NCBI GenBank assembly: GCA_009859145.1
Contig: VRVR01000009.1
Coordinates: 212,392 to 276,391 of the forward strand
From: Andalucia godoyi And28
Lineage: Eukaryota > Protista > Jakobida
Direction of reading: 5' to 3'
DNA length: 64,000 nt
The position numbers and the translations under genes are program-made. Below are positions 28,636 to 38,666 of the stretch, one piece after another (position 1 is the stretch's first letter; every line of letters begins with the position of its first letter). Under the pieces are notes generated by a model. It did no database searches, was not told where the DNA came from, and saw only the letters and a list, made by a program, of their open reading frames with translations.

Positions 28636-28802
28636 TTTTTTTAATATTATTATTAATTATAAAGAAAACGTCGACTTTTCTTCTCCTTTTCCCCATATTT
28701 TTTTACTTTAAATTTTAAAATTTCTAACCTTGCTTTTTTATTGTCTTGACTTGGTTTTCCGGGCTGTGCTTAAATGTACATCATTTTATTCGCATCCTCG
28801 TG

Positions 28803-31800
28803 TTAATCGTCTTCCATGTACAGATTGTCCAAGACTTTGTGATACTTGCTGGAAAAGGGCACGGGATCCTTCCCGGCCGCGCTCGACTGTTTCTCGATTT
28901 GCGGCATCTTCTTCGGCGCAAGATTGGTCCTGATCGCATTCAGAATGCGCAGCTCCTCTCGAGACTGATTTCGAGATCTCGGAAGCGGATCCAACTTCGG
29001 CAATGTCGATTGGTTCTCTTCCATGTTGCGGAGCTTTAGAATCGCGTCAGTGCTCGACATGCTGCGCAAACGAAACTCCGGGGCTGGCGGTTCGTTGTTG
29101 CTGAGAGCCTGCTGGATTTCCCGCGTCCACGGAGATGGCGTCGTAGGCATTGCAGGCATTGCGGGCTGCAAGCTTCTCGCAGACGGATAGCTGTGTGTTG
29201 GCGACGGGGCTGCAACTGCACTGGAGCATCCAGTAGGCTCACTGACATGCGGGGGAGCATGCGACGGCTTCTCTGCGAAGCGTGCAATGTTTGCAGAAAC
29301 TGTTAAATCATCGCACCGCTTCTTCACTGCATGGGACTGTTTCTTGTACACCAGATTCTCGGAATCACGTTCCATGTCTGCCGGGTAGGCGTCGTAGTAC
29401 ACCAAGTGCGACGCGGCAGAATCAGCGGGAGGCTTCTTCTGCACGACTCGCAGATCTGACGCTGCATTTGGATTCGGCGGAGACGGTGCTCGAATGATCT
29501 CCGGCTTTGTGGTTGGAACGGGCATCTCCAGAAGCTGGTTATGGACTTCAACTGGCCTGTTGCGAAATCTTTTCTGCACGGAACGAGGAATGTGAGACAA
29601 TCCGTATACCAAGAACTGCGGGTCGGCCAAGCTCGAAATGTCGTCATCGCTGTGAATCTGCTCCTGTTTGGCATTGTGTAAATCAACGGGAATAGGAGAA
29701 ATGACTTGCCGGATTAACTGTTCTGCAGGCGGAATATCTGCTACGTGCAGGTATGTCCCGGGAGGTGCAGGGGTCACGTTCAGTTCGGGAGAAACCATGG
29801 ATGGATATCGCGGATTCGTCAGATACTGTTGGAATGACAGAACGCCAGTCATTGATCTTTGGGTATCTTGGCGAGACTTTCTGTCGGCAACGTCTTGGCT
29901 GAAACTCAACGTTGGCAGCTGGTGTTTCTTTTCGGAGGGCCACTGCTGGTTCAGCACATGCGGTGGAAGCGGACTGCGACTCTGGATGGCCATCCCTGCC
30001 ACAATTCGATCGCTTAGCTTTGAAATGATGTTCTGAGACAATTCATCGAGCTTCACCGTTTGCAGCAGCGATTCTTCACGAACCTGCAGCAGATCAATCT
30101 TTCTCTTCTCAAACCGACTCATCAAACGCAGAGCATCTGCATACAAACGGTCATACACGGTCTGCGTCTTGGGCGTCCCTGTTGGATTTGGAGAGGAATT
30201 CGACGATGATATCAATAGCTGGCCGGACGATTGTTCAAACTTGGACTGGAGATTGTGGAAGCGGGTCTCCATCATGCTCGCCACCTCTCGACTATCAATA
30301 GCATCTCGTAGCATACGAATCTCCGTCATCAACTCTGTATTTTCTCGTTCCAACTTCTCGAGCCTCTTCAGTTCATTCTCCACCGCACTATCTCGTTCTT
30401 GGTACTTTAGAAGTTCACCCATTAAGTCCGAACGCAGCTGATCCTCAATCACGATACGGAAAGACGCTTTCATTTCTTCTTCTTGAACATACCGCATCTT
30501 TTCAATGTCCAGCTCCAGTTCAAGGGTATCGACCGCAGCATTTTGCGTGTGTGCTTTCCTGACCGTGACCGATGTCGTCTTGCGTGGCTTGGCAGCAATC
30601 GCAGCTTTTGCAGGAGATCCTAGCGCGAACGAAGGAGATCCAGGAACATTCTCCACATCCGACATCATCAGTGGTTTCGAGAACATTCGTGTGTGTTGAG
30701 TAGCGGAGGTCTGTACAGGTGGGACCTGCGATGCTTCGGCCACTGCTTCAGAGATCACGTTTTGAATGTCCTCTTGTGCATCCTCAACGGTTTCCGCCGG
30801 CTCAGTTTTCGTTTCGGCAGGTGCATGTGGTTCCATCGCCATAGCTTCCAGAGTACGTTCATCCTTAGCAGAAGGAAGTTCCACGTTTCCGGCAGAACGG
30901 GAGGAAAGTCGGACAGCTGCCGGATCTGAGGTCGTGCTGTCTTTCGGTGTCCCGACGATTGTTGTTGATGTGCATTCTAATTGGATTGGGGCAACAGCTC
31001 CTTGTCCTTGTCCTTGTCCTTGTCCTTGTCGTGGTCCCGAAACTGAGCCGGGACCTGATGCAGAACGATCGGAAAATCGGTCAGCGCTGAGCATAACACT
31101 AGAACCGCGAGACGACACAATGTCTTCTCGGATAGAGGAAAGAGGGGTCTCCCCACGGATCTGTGCAGTCGACAGATATGGTATGAGGGGAACTTTCGTC
31201 ACAGCGACCATCACTGGCTCGGGCGTCGTCTGGGGAGCCACGGCCGCATCCGCAGACTGCACGTTATTAGAAACCACCGATGGCGCGTCTTCTTCGACGA
31301 CTTCTATTTCGTCTTCCACTTCCTCCACTTCCACCTCGACATACTGCGGCATGTCGACATACTCATCTGACGACTGACCTGTTTCGTCCCGAGCAGGGAC
31401 GTAGATCCGCATCTGCACAAAGGACTGATCCATCAACATGTTCACGTCTCTTCTTGCCGCAATCAAATCCGCTCGCAGCCGATCAATCACATTTGAACTT
31501 TCCAACCGAGCGTTCTGCAATTGAACTCGCAGAGCACGGTCCGAGAACTTTAGGGATGTTACTTCCCGTCGACTGTCGAGATACTTTTCGCGTTCCTTCC
31601 TGTATTTTTCTTCTCGTTCGCGGTACTTTGAATGAAGAGAATCGCATTGCACTTGCAGCTCCTCCTTTGCTCGTTTGTGAACGAGCATCACTTCTCTCAT
31701 GTCGGCCAATTCCTTTTCCAAGTTCTCAATGCGGCTGATTGCCAGTTCCGACGGGAATGCAGACGAAGACAACAGTGGCTGCGACGCATCCGCCATGAAA

Positions 31801-33320
31801 GACGACGAGATCGTTGTGAACGAAGAGGATTGGTTGTGTTGTTCCGATGGAACCGAGGAGTCTTCGAACAAAGCAGAAAGGCGTGTCCACCACTGAGCAA
31901 TATCTACCAACCAGACGTCCTGGTCCCGTTCCGTGATGCCTTGCGTCATTAATCGGTGAAACTTCTCTTTAAGCATCACGTAGTCTTTCAACAGCGAAGA
32001 ACGGAGAGTCTGAAGAATGTGGTTGCGTTGCTCCAAACGGATCTTCTCTCCGCGAAGCTGCTTCTCCAAATTTGCATTCTTGTTCTGCAGCTTCAGCATC
32101 TTTCTCTGTAAATGTCTTACCAATGACATTCTCTTTGATATGTCCTGAATAAAGAGCGTCGACATGACTGTGGATCGATCCAACGAATGTGAATACCGAG
32201 AGAACAAGTCTCGCGAATCCTCCATGAAGTCCTCCATCACTTCTTCAATATTTCCATCCGGAAGTGGCCCCATCGTGACGGTCGCGGCATTGGGCAGCGG
32301 CTGCTGTGCTGAAGAAGCAGGGGACTGGGGAACATACACGGACGAAGACGCATCAAAATTCCCACTCATAGCGAGAGGTGACGGCGGGTTATCGAGCGAA
32401 TTGACAAACGACTCGAGGTCGTTCGCTTCCTGAGCAGCATGTTGCGCGTCCTCTTTCTCCATCTTCTCCGCTAATGCTTCAACCTCGACGAATCTCTCGC
32501 GTTTCTTCATTTCCAATGCCCGTGCCCGTTCTGCGTTATGCAGATAGTTGGTGATGGACTGGATCTTTCCGTCCAATCTGCGCCTCATATCAGTGAACCG
32601 CTCCACAAATTCATCCCAAAACCGACCAGATTCCTTCGGAGCCCCTGCTAATATTCTTCTATTTGCCTCTGCCCAGAAATTCTCTAGCCATCTAAAATCA
32701 TCCTTATCTTCTTCCTCCTCCAGCAACTTCCCAGCTCCAGCTCCTTCTCCTTCTTCTCCTTCTGCATCTTCATCTTTCTCATCCTCACAACCCTCATCAT
32801 TATTATTCACCAATGATTGCGACTGTTCCGTTGTTGCTTCAGATGCGCTACTTTTGGAAATTGTCTGCGAGAGTTGCATGGTAAAAAACTCGGATGGTCC
32901 GGTGTTATGACGAGCTTTCCGTTTCATGACTCGATTTTTCAGTTCTTTTGTTGGAACAATGGCAGGAGCCGTTTTCTGCTGCGAGGCTCTGGAATTTTCG
33001 GAAGCGCGAGCAAAAGAGGCAGAACCGATGGAATCTCTGGTTCCAGGACGCGACGACGCCTCTCCGTCTTTCAACACTTGAGGAGCAAAGGATACCTGTG
33101 AGACTCGAGATTCCGGTCTGGAGCCATAGCACTCGGATGGCGCCACAGACGATCCCACAGTGTCCATGTCGTCATTCTCGCTATCATCGCCGATCTCGTT
33201 GTTGTCGTTATTGACAAGAACGTTGGAATCGACTGACGGACGAGATGTTTGTCTCGAGGTCGGTCTTGAGGAAGACGAGCGTGACGACGGAATCACGGTG
33301 TCCTTAGAATACAACGGCAT
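28803..33320 (-). CDS. Large coiled-coil/low-complexity protein of unknown function, about 1505 aa
   Basis: 4.5 kb open frame; first ATG at 33320. A CTAAC...CAG acceptor just upstream suggests a 5' intron. Several coiled-coil blocks; no family recognised. Confidence 0.8.
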   Translation of the reverse strand: MPLYSKDTVIPSSRSSSSRPTSRQTSRPSVDSNVLVNNDNNEIGDDSENDDMDTVGSSVAPSECYGSRPESRVSQVSFAPQVLKDGEASSRPGTRDSIGSASFARASENSRASQQKTAPAIVPTKELKNRVMKRKARHNTGPSEFFTMQLSQTISKSSASEATTEQSQSLVNNNDEGCEDEKDEDAEGEEGEGAGAGKLLEEEEDKDDFRWLENFWAEANRRILAGAPKESGRFWDEFVERFTDMRRRLDGKIQSITNYLHNAERARALEMKKRERFVEVEALAEKMEKEDAQHAAQEANDLESFVNSLDNPPSPLAMSGNFDASSSVYVPQSPASSAQQPLPNAATVTMGPLPDGNIEEVMEDFMEDSRDLFSRYSHSLDRSTVMSTLFIQDISKRMSLVRHLQRKMLKLQNKNANLEKQLRGEKIRLEQRNHILQTLRSSLLKDYVMLKEKFHRLMTQGITERDQDVWLVDIAQWWTRLSALFEDSSVPSEQHNQSSSFTTISSSFMADASQPLLSSSAFPSELAISRIENLEKELADMREVMLVHKRAKEELQVQCDSLHSKYREREEKYRKEREKYLDSRREVTSLKFSDRALRVQLQNARLESSNVIDRLRADLIAARRDVNMLMDQSFVQMRIYVPARDETGQSSDEYVDMPQYVEVEVEEVEDEIEVVEEDAPSVVSNNVQSADAAVAPQTTPEPVMVAVTKVPLIPYLSTAQIRGETPLSSIREDIVSSRGSSVMLSADRFSDRSASGPGSVSGPRQGQGQGQGQGAVAPIQLECTSTTIVGTPKDSTTSDPAAVRLSSRSAGNVELPSAKDERTLEAMAMEPHAPAETKTEPAETVEDAQEDIQNVISEAVAEASQVPPVQTSATQHTRMFSKPLMMSDVENVPGSPSFALGSPAKAAIAAKPRKTTSVTVRKAHTQNAAVDTLELELDIEKMRYVQEEEMKASFRIVIEDQLRSDLMGELLKYQERDSAVENELKRLEKLERENTELMTEIRMLRDAIDSREVASMMETRFHNLQSKFEQSSGQLLISSSNSSPNPTGTPKTQTVYDRLYADALRLMSRFEKRKIDLLQVREESLLQTVKLDELSQNIISKLSDRIVAGMAIQSRSPLPPHVLNQQWPSEKKHQLPTLSFSQDVADRKSRQDTQRSMTGVLSFQQYLTNPRYPSMVSPELNVTPAPPGTYLHVADIPPAEQLIRQVISPIPVDLHNAKQEQIHSDDDISSLADPQFLVYGLSHIPRSVQKRFRNRPVEVHNQLLEMPVPTTKPEIIRAPSPPNPNAASDLRVVQKKPPADSAASHLVYYDAYPADMERDSENLVYKKQSHAVKKRCDDLTVSANIARFAEKPSHAPPHVSEPTGCSSAVAAPSPTHSYPSARSLQPAMPAMPTTPSPWTREIQQALSNNEPPAPEFRLRSMSSTDAILKLRNMEENQSTLPKLDPLPRSRNQSREELRILNAIRTNLAPKKMPQIEKQSSAAGKDPVPFSSKYHKVLDNLYMEDD

Positions 33321-34516
33321 GTCGTAAATCCGAGCCCTGTTGACCAAAGAGGTAGGCAGAGCAATGTTAGTTATCTGGATATATGTGTGCGTGAACTTAT
33401 CTGCTTAAATGCGTTTTAAAAACATTAACGGTAGAAAACGGTTGACCGTTTTGTATATCAACATTCAACACCAAGCAAATGCGATTTTCTTACCGTAGAC
33501 AAGTCCAGAATTTCTTCTCAACTTTTCTTTTCTTCTTATGATGATTTCCTGTTGGTTTGTGTTTTTAATCATCGAACTCTCAAGCACCTGTGATCAAAGA
33601 CAAGACATCTCATGGCTCCAGAGAGGGATCTTCCCGACAAACTCAAACCGGCCGTGCCCGAAGATGCCGAGAACCAAGGAACCCGTTGATCCTCTCTTGT
33701 CGCAACTTGCTGAGCAAGCTGATGATCATCAAATCACGAAAGATGTGATCGATTCCCACTTTCCCCGTTTTTTTCTTTGTTTCTCAAACGTCTTCATGAC
33801 GTAGCTACTTTCTGAAAATAGTGGGCTTTTGCCGATCCACAAAGCGACGTCGGACATCGCCGCATGGGAAAAACGCACGCTCGCGGAAATCCAGTTCTCA
33901 AAAAGAAAAAAAGAAAAAAGGAAAACACAGTTCTGAGACCTGTTTCCTTGGAAGAGTTTGCCTCATCGAAAGGACCTCGCGGCGAAGGTTTCCACTGCAT
34001 TCAGTCGAATCGCTGAGTGATGGCAGTCGGGTCAGCAGTGTGCCAAACTCGCGACTCGTGGATGGGCTGAGCGATCCATGGTAGCTCTGTTGCAGCATCT
34101 GTTGTGGGACAGCTGGAGCGTGGCGCCTCTGCTGCCGAGGAAGGTCTGGGGAGAAAAGCTGAATTTTCTTCCCTGCTCTTCGGGAGACTTGGCACGAAGC
34201 GAGTCTCCCGAAGAATGGTATGATTCACGTTAATCGAGGCTCCGCCTAGCGAGTCCAAGCAGACGTCATCATCCTGTAATAGAAAAACATAATGAAAAAC
34301 AGACTTTTAAAAAAGCGTGTTTCCTGCTGTACAAAAGAAAAAGAAAAAAGGCCATCCATTGAACTCGATTCGCTGATGGCGAGAAGCCAGAAAACACACA
34401 GGAAACAGACTTCAGAGTGTCGTTCTTTGCTTCTTCTTTCATCTTCCTTCTGCTCGTTCTCTTTCTTTATTTCGTCGTGCTCGGGTTTTGGGCGAGGAAA
34501 ATAGTCTTTGTGAATT

Positions 34517-35932
34517 ATGGCTGCGATTCCCAAGCATCTTCTAGAGGAAGTCCCGGATTCATGGGCAGACACATCATCGCCCTTGTCATCTTCATCGTCT
34601 TCGAAAGTTAGTTTGGTGTCCGAGAAGCTCGTAGATTCACGGATTTCTGATGAAAAGGCCAAACAGGATGGGCTAGTAAAGCACTCTGAGGAACATCGGG
34701 TCCAGGTTCATCGATCCGATACCTCTGCGCAGCTTCTGAGTGCAAAGGAATGGAAGGATCTCAATCTCCGGCCGGATTTGCTCAAGGGGGTCGAAGCTGC
34801 CGGGTTTGACCATCCTTCGAAAATCCAGGCATCCGCGTTGCCCATTCTGCTCCATACCAAGGACAACATGATTGCGCAGAGTCAGTCCGGAACGGGAAAG
34901 ACAGCGTGCTTCGTGCTCACGATGCTGTCGATCGTGGATCCCACAGTCGAAACCGTCCAAGCTGTCTGCACATGCCCGACGCGAGAGTTGGCGCTGCAAA
35001 TTGAATCGGTCATCCTAAAAATTGGAAAGTTTTCCAATACGCAAAGTTCGGTGCTTTGCGGCGGGGACGAGGTGAAGAAAGGTCAGAGGATCAAGACTCC
35101 GATTGTCGTCTCAACTGTGGGAAAACTCAAATCGCTCTTCGCAAACAAGAACATTGATGCCAAGAAGCTTCGACTGTTTGTTCTGGACGAGGCTGATGTG
35201 ATGTTGAGTGCAGAAGGATTTGGACCAGAGATCATGGAAATCAAGAAGGACTTCTTGCCTGCGGAATGTCGCTACTTGCTGTTTTCTGCGACGTACAACG
35301 ACAAGGTGCAAAGATTTGCAGAGGTCTTCGCCCCTGAGCCGCGATCTGTGTTGCGGCTGGCCAAAACGGATGTCTTGCGAACTCAAATCCATCAGATTTA
35401 CGTATTGACCAAGAATGAAGCGGAAAAGCTCAAGTTTTTGTCGGATCTCTACTCGATCCTCTCCGTCGGGCAGTCCATTGTGTTTTGCGGGACGCGCAAT
35501 AGTTCGAAAGCAGTCGCAGAAAAACTGCGAGCACAGAACCAGGATGTGTCCCTCATTCATGGTACGGAAGAAAAGGTCATGACCGCCGAGATGCGTGATT
35601 CCGTCGTTGCGGATTTCAGATCCGGAAAGACGCGAGTTCTGGTCGCAACAGATGTGCTTTCTCGCGGTTTTGATGTTCCGTCTGTGACGATGGTCGTGAA
35701 CTATGATCTGCCTTTCCATCCAATGGACCACAACGCAGCTTCTCCGGAAACGTATATCCACAGAATCGGGCGAGCTGGTCGGTTTGATGCGCCAGGCATT
35801 GCGATTTCGCTGGTAACGACTGCTCAGGACCTGCAGATCCTCAAGCAGATCGAGGAGTATCAGAAGAAGAAGGTGATCTTGCTCGATACAGACGTCGATG
35901 TCATTGAGCAATACATGAAAGATAATATGTAA
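34517..35932 (+). CDS. DDX19: DEAD-box mRNA export helicase Dbp5/DDX19, 471 aa
   Basis: Q motif GFDHPSKIQASALP, NMIAQSQSGTGKT, VLDEAD, LFSAT, TDVLSRGFD, YIHRIGRAGRF. Confidence 0.92.
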   Translation: MAAIPKHLLEEVPDSWADTSSPLSSSSSSKVSLVSEKLVDSRISDEKAKQDGLVKHSEEHRVQVHRSDTSAQLLSAKEWKDLNLRPDLLKGVEAAGFDHPSKIQASALPILLHTKDNMIAQSQSGTGKTACFVLTMLSIVDPTVETVQAVCTCPTRELALQIESVILKIGKFSNTQSSVLCGGDEVKKGQRIKTPIVVSTVGKLKSLFANKNIDAKKLRLFVLDEADVMLSAEGFGPEIMEIKKDFLPAECRYLLFSATYNDKVQRFAEVFAPEPRSVLRLAKTDVLRTQIHQIYVLTKNEAEKLKFLSDLYSILSVGQSIVFCGTRNSSKAVAEKLRAQNQDVSLIHGTEEKVMTAEMRDSVVADFRSGKTRVLVATDVLSRGFDVPSVTMVVNYDLPFHPMDHNAASPETYIHRIGRAGRFDAPGIAISLVTTAQDLQILKQIEEYQKKKVILLDTDVDVIEQYMKDNM

Positions 35933-36128
35933 TAAACGGGGGGAAGGAAATTCAGCAACATAGTGCACAGGTATTTTTTTCTTCTTCTTTCTTTATTCTT
36001 CATTTTCTTCGCTTTTTCCCGTTTTTCCTTTGCTCTTCTGCCCTCTCCTTCTCACGCAACAGTTTTTTTCCCTCTTCTTTCTAATTCCTCTACACTAGCC
36101 GACGGTCGCGGACAGAGATATCCATCCA

Positions 36129-37115
36129 TCAGTTGTTCTTCGGAATCGGTCGGACCGGATCGAAATAGGGATGTGCCATTGCTTCCGCAGCGGTGAGTCG
36201 TTCAGCAGGGTCATACCGTAAGAGTCGGTCGACCAAGTCGATCGCGTCGTCGTTGGACCACGGTTCATTCTCCTTGGTGATGAAGGACCTCCAAGGTCTG
36301 CGTGGATACCGACCGAGGAGACCATCGTAGTGCCGACTGAGCTCGAGTCTGTACTTGTCCAGGAAACGGAACAGCTCTTCGGTGCCCAGGACTTTTGCGA
36401 TTCTAATGAGCTGGTCATAGTTGTCGCGTCCGTGGAAGAAGGGCTCCTTTTTGAAAATGATCGACGCAAACATGCAACCGAATGACCATAAATCCAACGA
36501 ATAGTCGTAGTCCCGAAGGTCCACCAAGAGCTCGGGTCCCTTGAAGTACCTCGATGCGACACGCACGTTGTATTCTTGTCCTGGATAGTAAAACTCTGCA
36601 AGTCCCCAATCAATGAGTCTCAGCTGCTTCTGCTCGTGATCAATCATGACATTATGCGGCTTGACATCCCGATGCATGATTCCCATCGAATGCGAAAAGT
36701 CCAGCGCACGCAGCAACTCATACATGTAGTAGCGAATTTCAAGGTCTGTCAACCCAGGATACAAAATGCGGAAATCAGTATTGTCAACATGTTCAAACAC
36801 AAGACTCGGAGTCTTGGACATTGGATCACGGCACACATCCAGCAGAGTGATGATGTTCGGTCCTCCGCACAAGTTCTGCAAAATCTTAATCTCCCGTTTG
36901 ATCTTCTTCTTCTTTACGGGCTTGAGAATCTTGATGATGCAACGGTCCTCGTTGCACGTCAATCCTTCAAAAACCTCTGAATACTTGCCCCGGCCAACCT
37001 TGCGAACAATCTCATAGTTATCCTGCTCGCCCCAGCGGATGTTCAGCTCTTCATACTGCGAATAGTCGCGCTGCCGACGCGCACACGCATCCGCATACAC
37101 TCGAGAAATCGGCAT
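36129..37115 (-). CDS. CKA1: Casein kinase II catalytic alpha subunit, 328 aa
   Basis: [53 protein letters not shown]; ATG at 37115. Confidence 0.97.
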   Translation of the reverse strand: MPISRVYADACARRQRDYSQYEELNIRWGEQDNYEIVRKVGRGKYSEVFEGLTCNEDRCIIKILKPVKKKKIKREIKILQNLCGGPNIITLLDVCRDPMSKTPSLVFEHVDNTDFRILYPGLTDLEIRYYMYELLRALDFSHSMGIMHRDVKPHNVMIDHEQKQLRLIDWGLAEFYYPGQEYNVRVASRYFKGPELLVDLRDYDYSLDLWSFGCMFASIIFKKEPFFHGRDNYDQLIRIAKVLGTEELFRFLDKYRLELSRHYDGLLGRYPRRPWRSFITKENEPWSNDDAIDLVDRLLRYDPAERLTAAEAMAHPYFDPVRPIPKNN

Positions 37116-37592
37116 TCTTTCGCAGCTAAAAACGGCAACAACAGCCACAGCAACAACAGTAATAACAGCAACAACAAAAAAAATATTAATATAAACCAAT
37201 GAAGAAAAGCAACATTGAAAATGGAAAATGGAAAAGCAAGAGAATCAAAAGACGGAAAGCGTCACCTGTCCAAATGAAAGAAATGAGGAGTGCAAAAGAG
37301 CCCAAAGAATGCAAAGGATAAATAGTAAACAGATTTTTTAAGTCTCAATTTGATGCATTCCTGTTTTCTGAAAGTTTTTTCATGGAAAAACAAACCAGTT
37401 TTTTGTTTTTTGGCCTGTTGACCGCCTCTTCTTCAACCCTCCTTGAGGCTGGAGACCTACGAAGCACGATTCGCACGCCGAGTGGTGGCCTTTTGGGACT
37501 GTAATTTTTTGCTTGTTCCATAGTGGTTCTTTGGTAGTTTCTTGTTCTTCGTTTTTTCACTTTTGTTAATTGGGTGGGGAGGCTGCTGAGCA

Positions 37593-38507
37593 ATGAATGC
37601 TGAACGACTTGCGGAAGCCGAGAAGCTTTTTAAAGAGGGGAAGAAATACGGATCAAAGTCGATCACACGCTGGAAACCCGATTGGGACAATGCATCGCAG
37701 GCATATGAAAAGGCAGCGCTTGCGTTCCGGAACTTGAAGGCGTTGGAGCGAGCAATTGAGGCATTTGATCTGGCTGCAGATGCAAATGACCATGCGAACT
37801 TGTCCTGGGCTGCGGGAAAGGCATATGAAAATGCGGCGATGTGCTGCAAAGATGTGGGCGATCTGGACCGTCTTGTAGCATACTTTGAGAAGGCGGCTCG
37901 GGCATACCGCTTGGATGGAAAGCCTGACAAGGCTGGAGACGTGCTGAAACGAGCGGCCCAGTACATTGAAAAAACAAATATGGAGAAAGCATGTGATCTG
38001 TACAAGAACTCGCTTGCGTGTTTTGTGGACGAGGACAAGCAACATTTGGCTGCCGAGTCATTCCGCTGGTGGGTTTCGCTTCTGGTGAAGTCTGGCAAGC
38101 TCCGTGACGCTGCAGAGGCCTACGCGTTCCAAATACCGGTGTTCATCAAAGTTGATTCTCAGCACAATGTGGGAAAAGCTGTTCTTGCACAAGTTATTCT
38201 CTGTTTGAAGGACGGGGACATCTCTGCTGCAGACCAGTATCTTCGAAAGGCGACGGAATACCAGGGATCCGATGCGATCCGTCAAAACGAATATGAACTC
38301 GGTGTTGAGCTTGTGCAAGCGTTTGAGGACGGCGATGAGGAACGGCTGAACAGGCTTAGGACAGATCAGGCGATTGGCTTCCTGGAAACTGAGGTTGCCA
38401 GGCTTGGGAAGAATTTGAAGCTTGTGGCTGGTGCCGCCAAGGTCAAGGTCGACGGAGAAACAACGGAAGTGACTGCAGACGAACTGGCGGATGGTAATTT
38501 GTTGTAA
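37593..38507 (+). CDS. NAPG: Gamma-SNAP (soluble NSF attachment protein gamma), 304 aa
   Basis: N-terminal RWKPDWDNASQAYEKAALAFR, TPR-like helices, acidic C-terminus ending DGNLL. Confidence 0.88.
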   Translation: MNAERLAEAEKLFKEGKKYGSKSITRWKPDWDNASQAYEKAALAFRNLKALERAIEAFDLAADANDHANLSWAAGKAYENAAMCCKDVGDLDRLVAYFEKAARAYRLDGKPDKAGDVLKRAAQYIEKTNMEKACDLYKNSLACFVDEDKQHLAAESFRWWVSLLVKSGKLRDAAEAYAFQIPVFIKVDSQHNVGKAVLAQVILCLKDGDISAADQYLRKATEYQGSDAIRQNEYELGVELVQAFEDGDEERLNRLRTDQAIGFLETEVARLGKNLKLVAGAAKVKVDGETTEVTADELADGNLL

Positions 38508-38666
38508 GCATTCTGCGTTGTTGTCGTTGTCGTTGTCATCATTGATGATGTTGACGTTGATGTTGATGTTACCCGTGATAAATCGTTGTTTTACAGTCTA
38601 GGAGAATATCTTCTTTTTTTCTTTTCCCCTTCTTTCTCTTCAGCTGGCCGTGTACGATGTATTGAT

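Noticed and set aside
33990-34010. Selenocysteine or readthrough at the in-frame TGA joining two minus-strand ORFs
   Set aside because: No redox motif around the TGA, no SECIS found, and neither ORF is recognisable.
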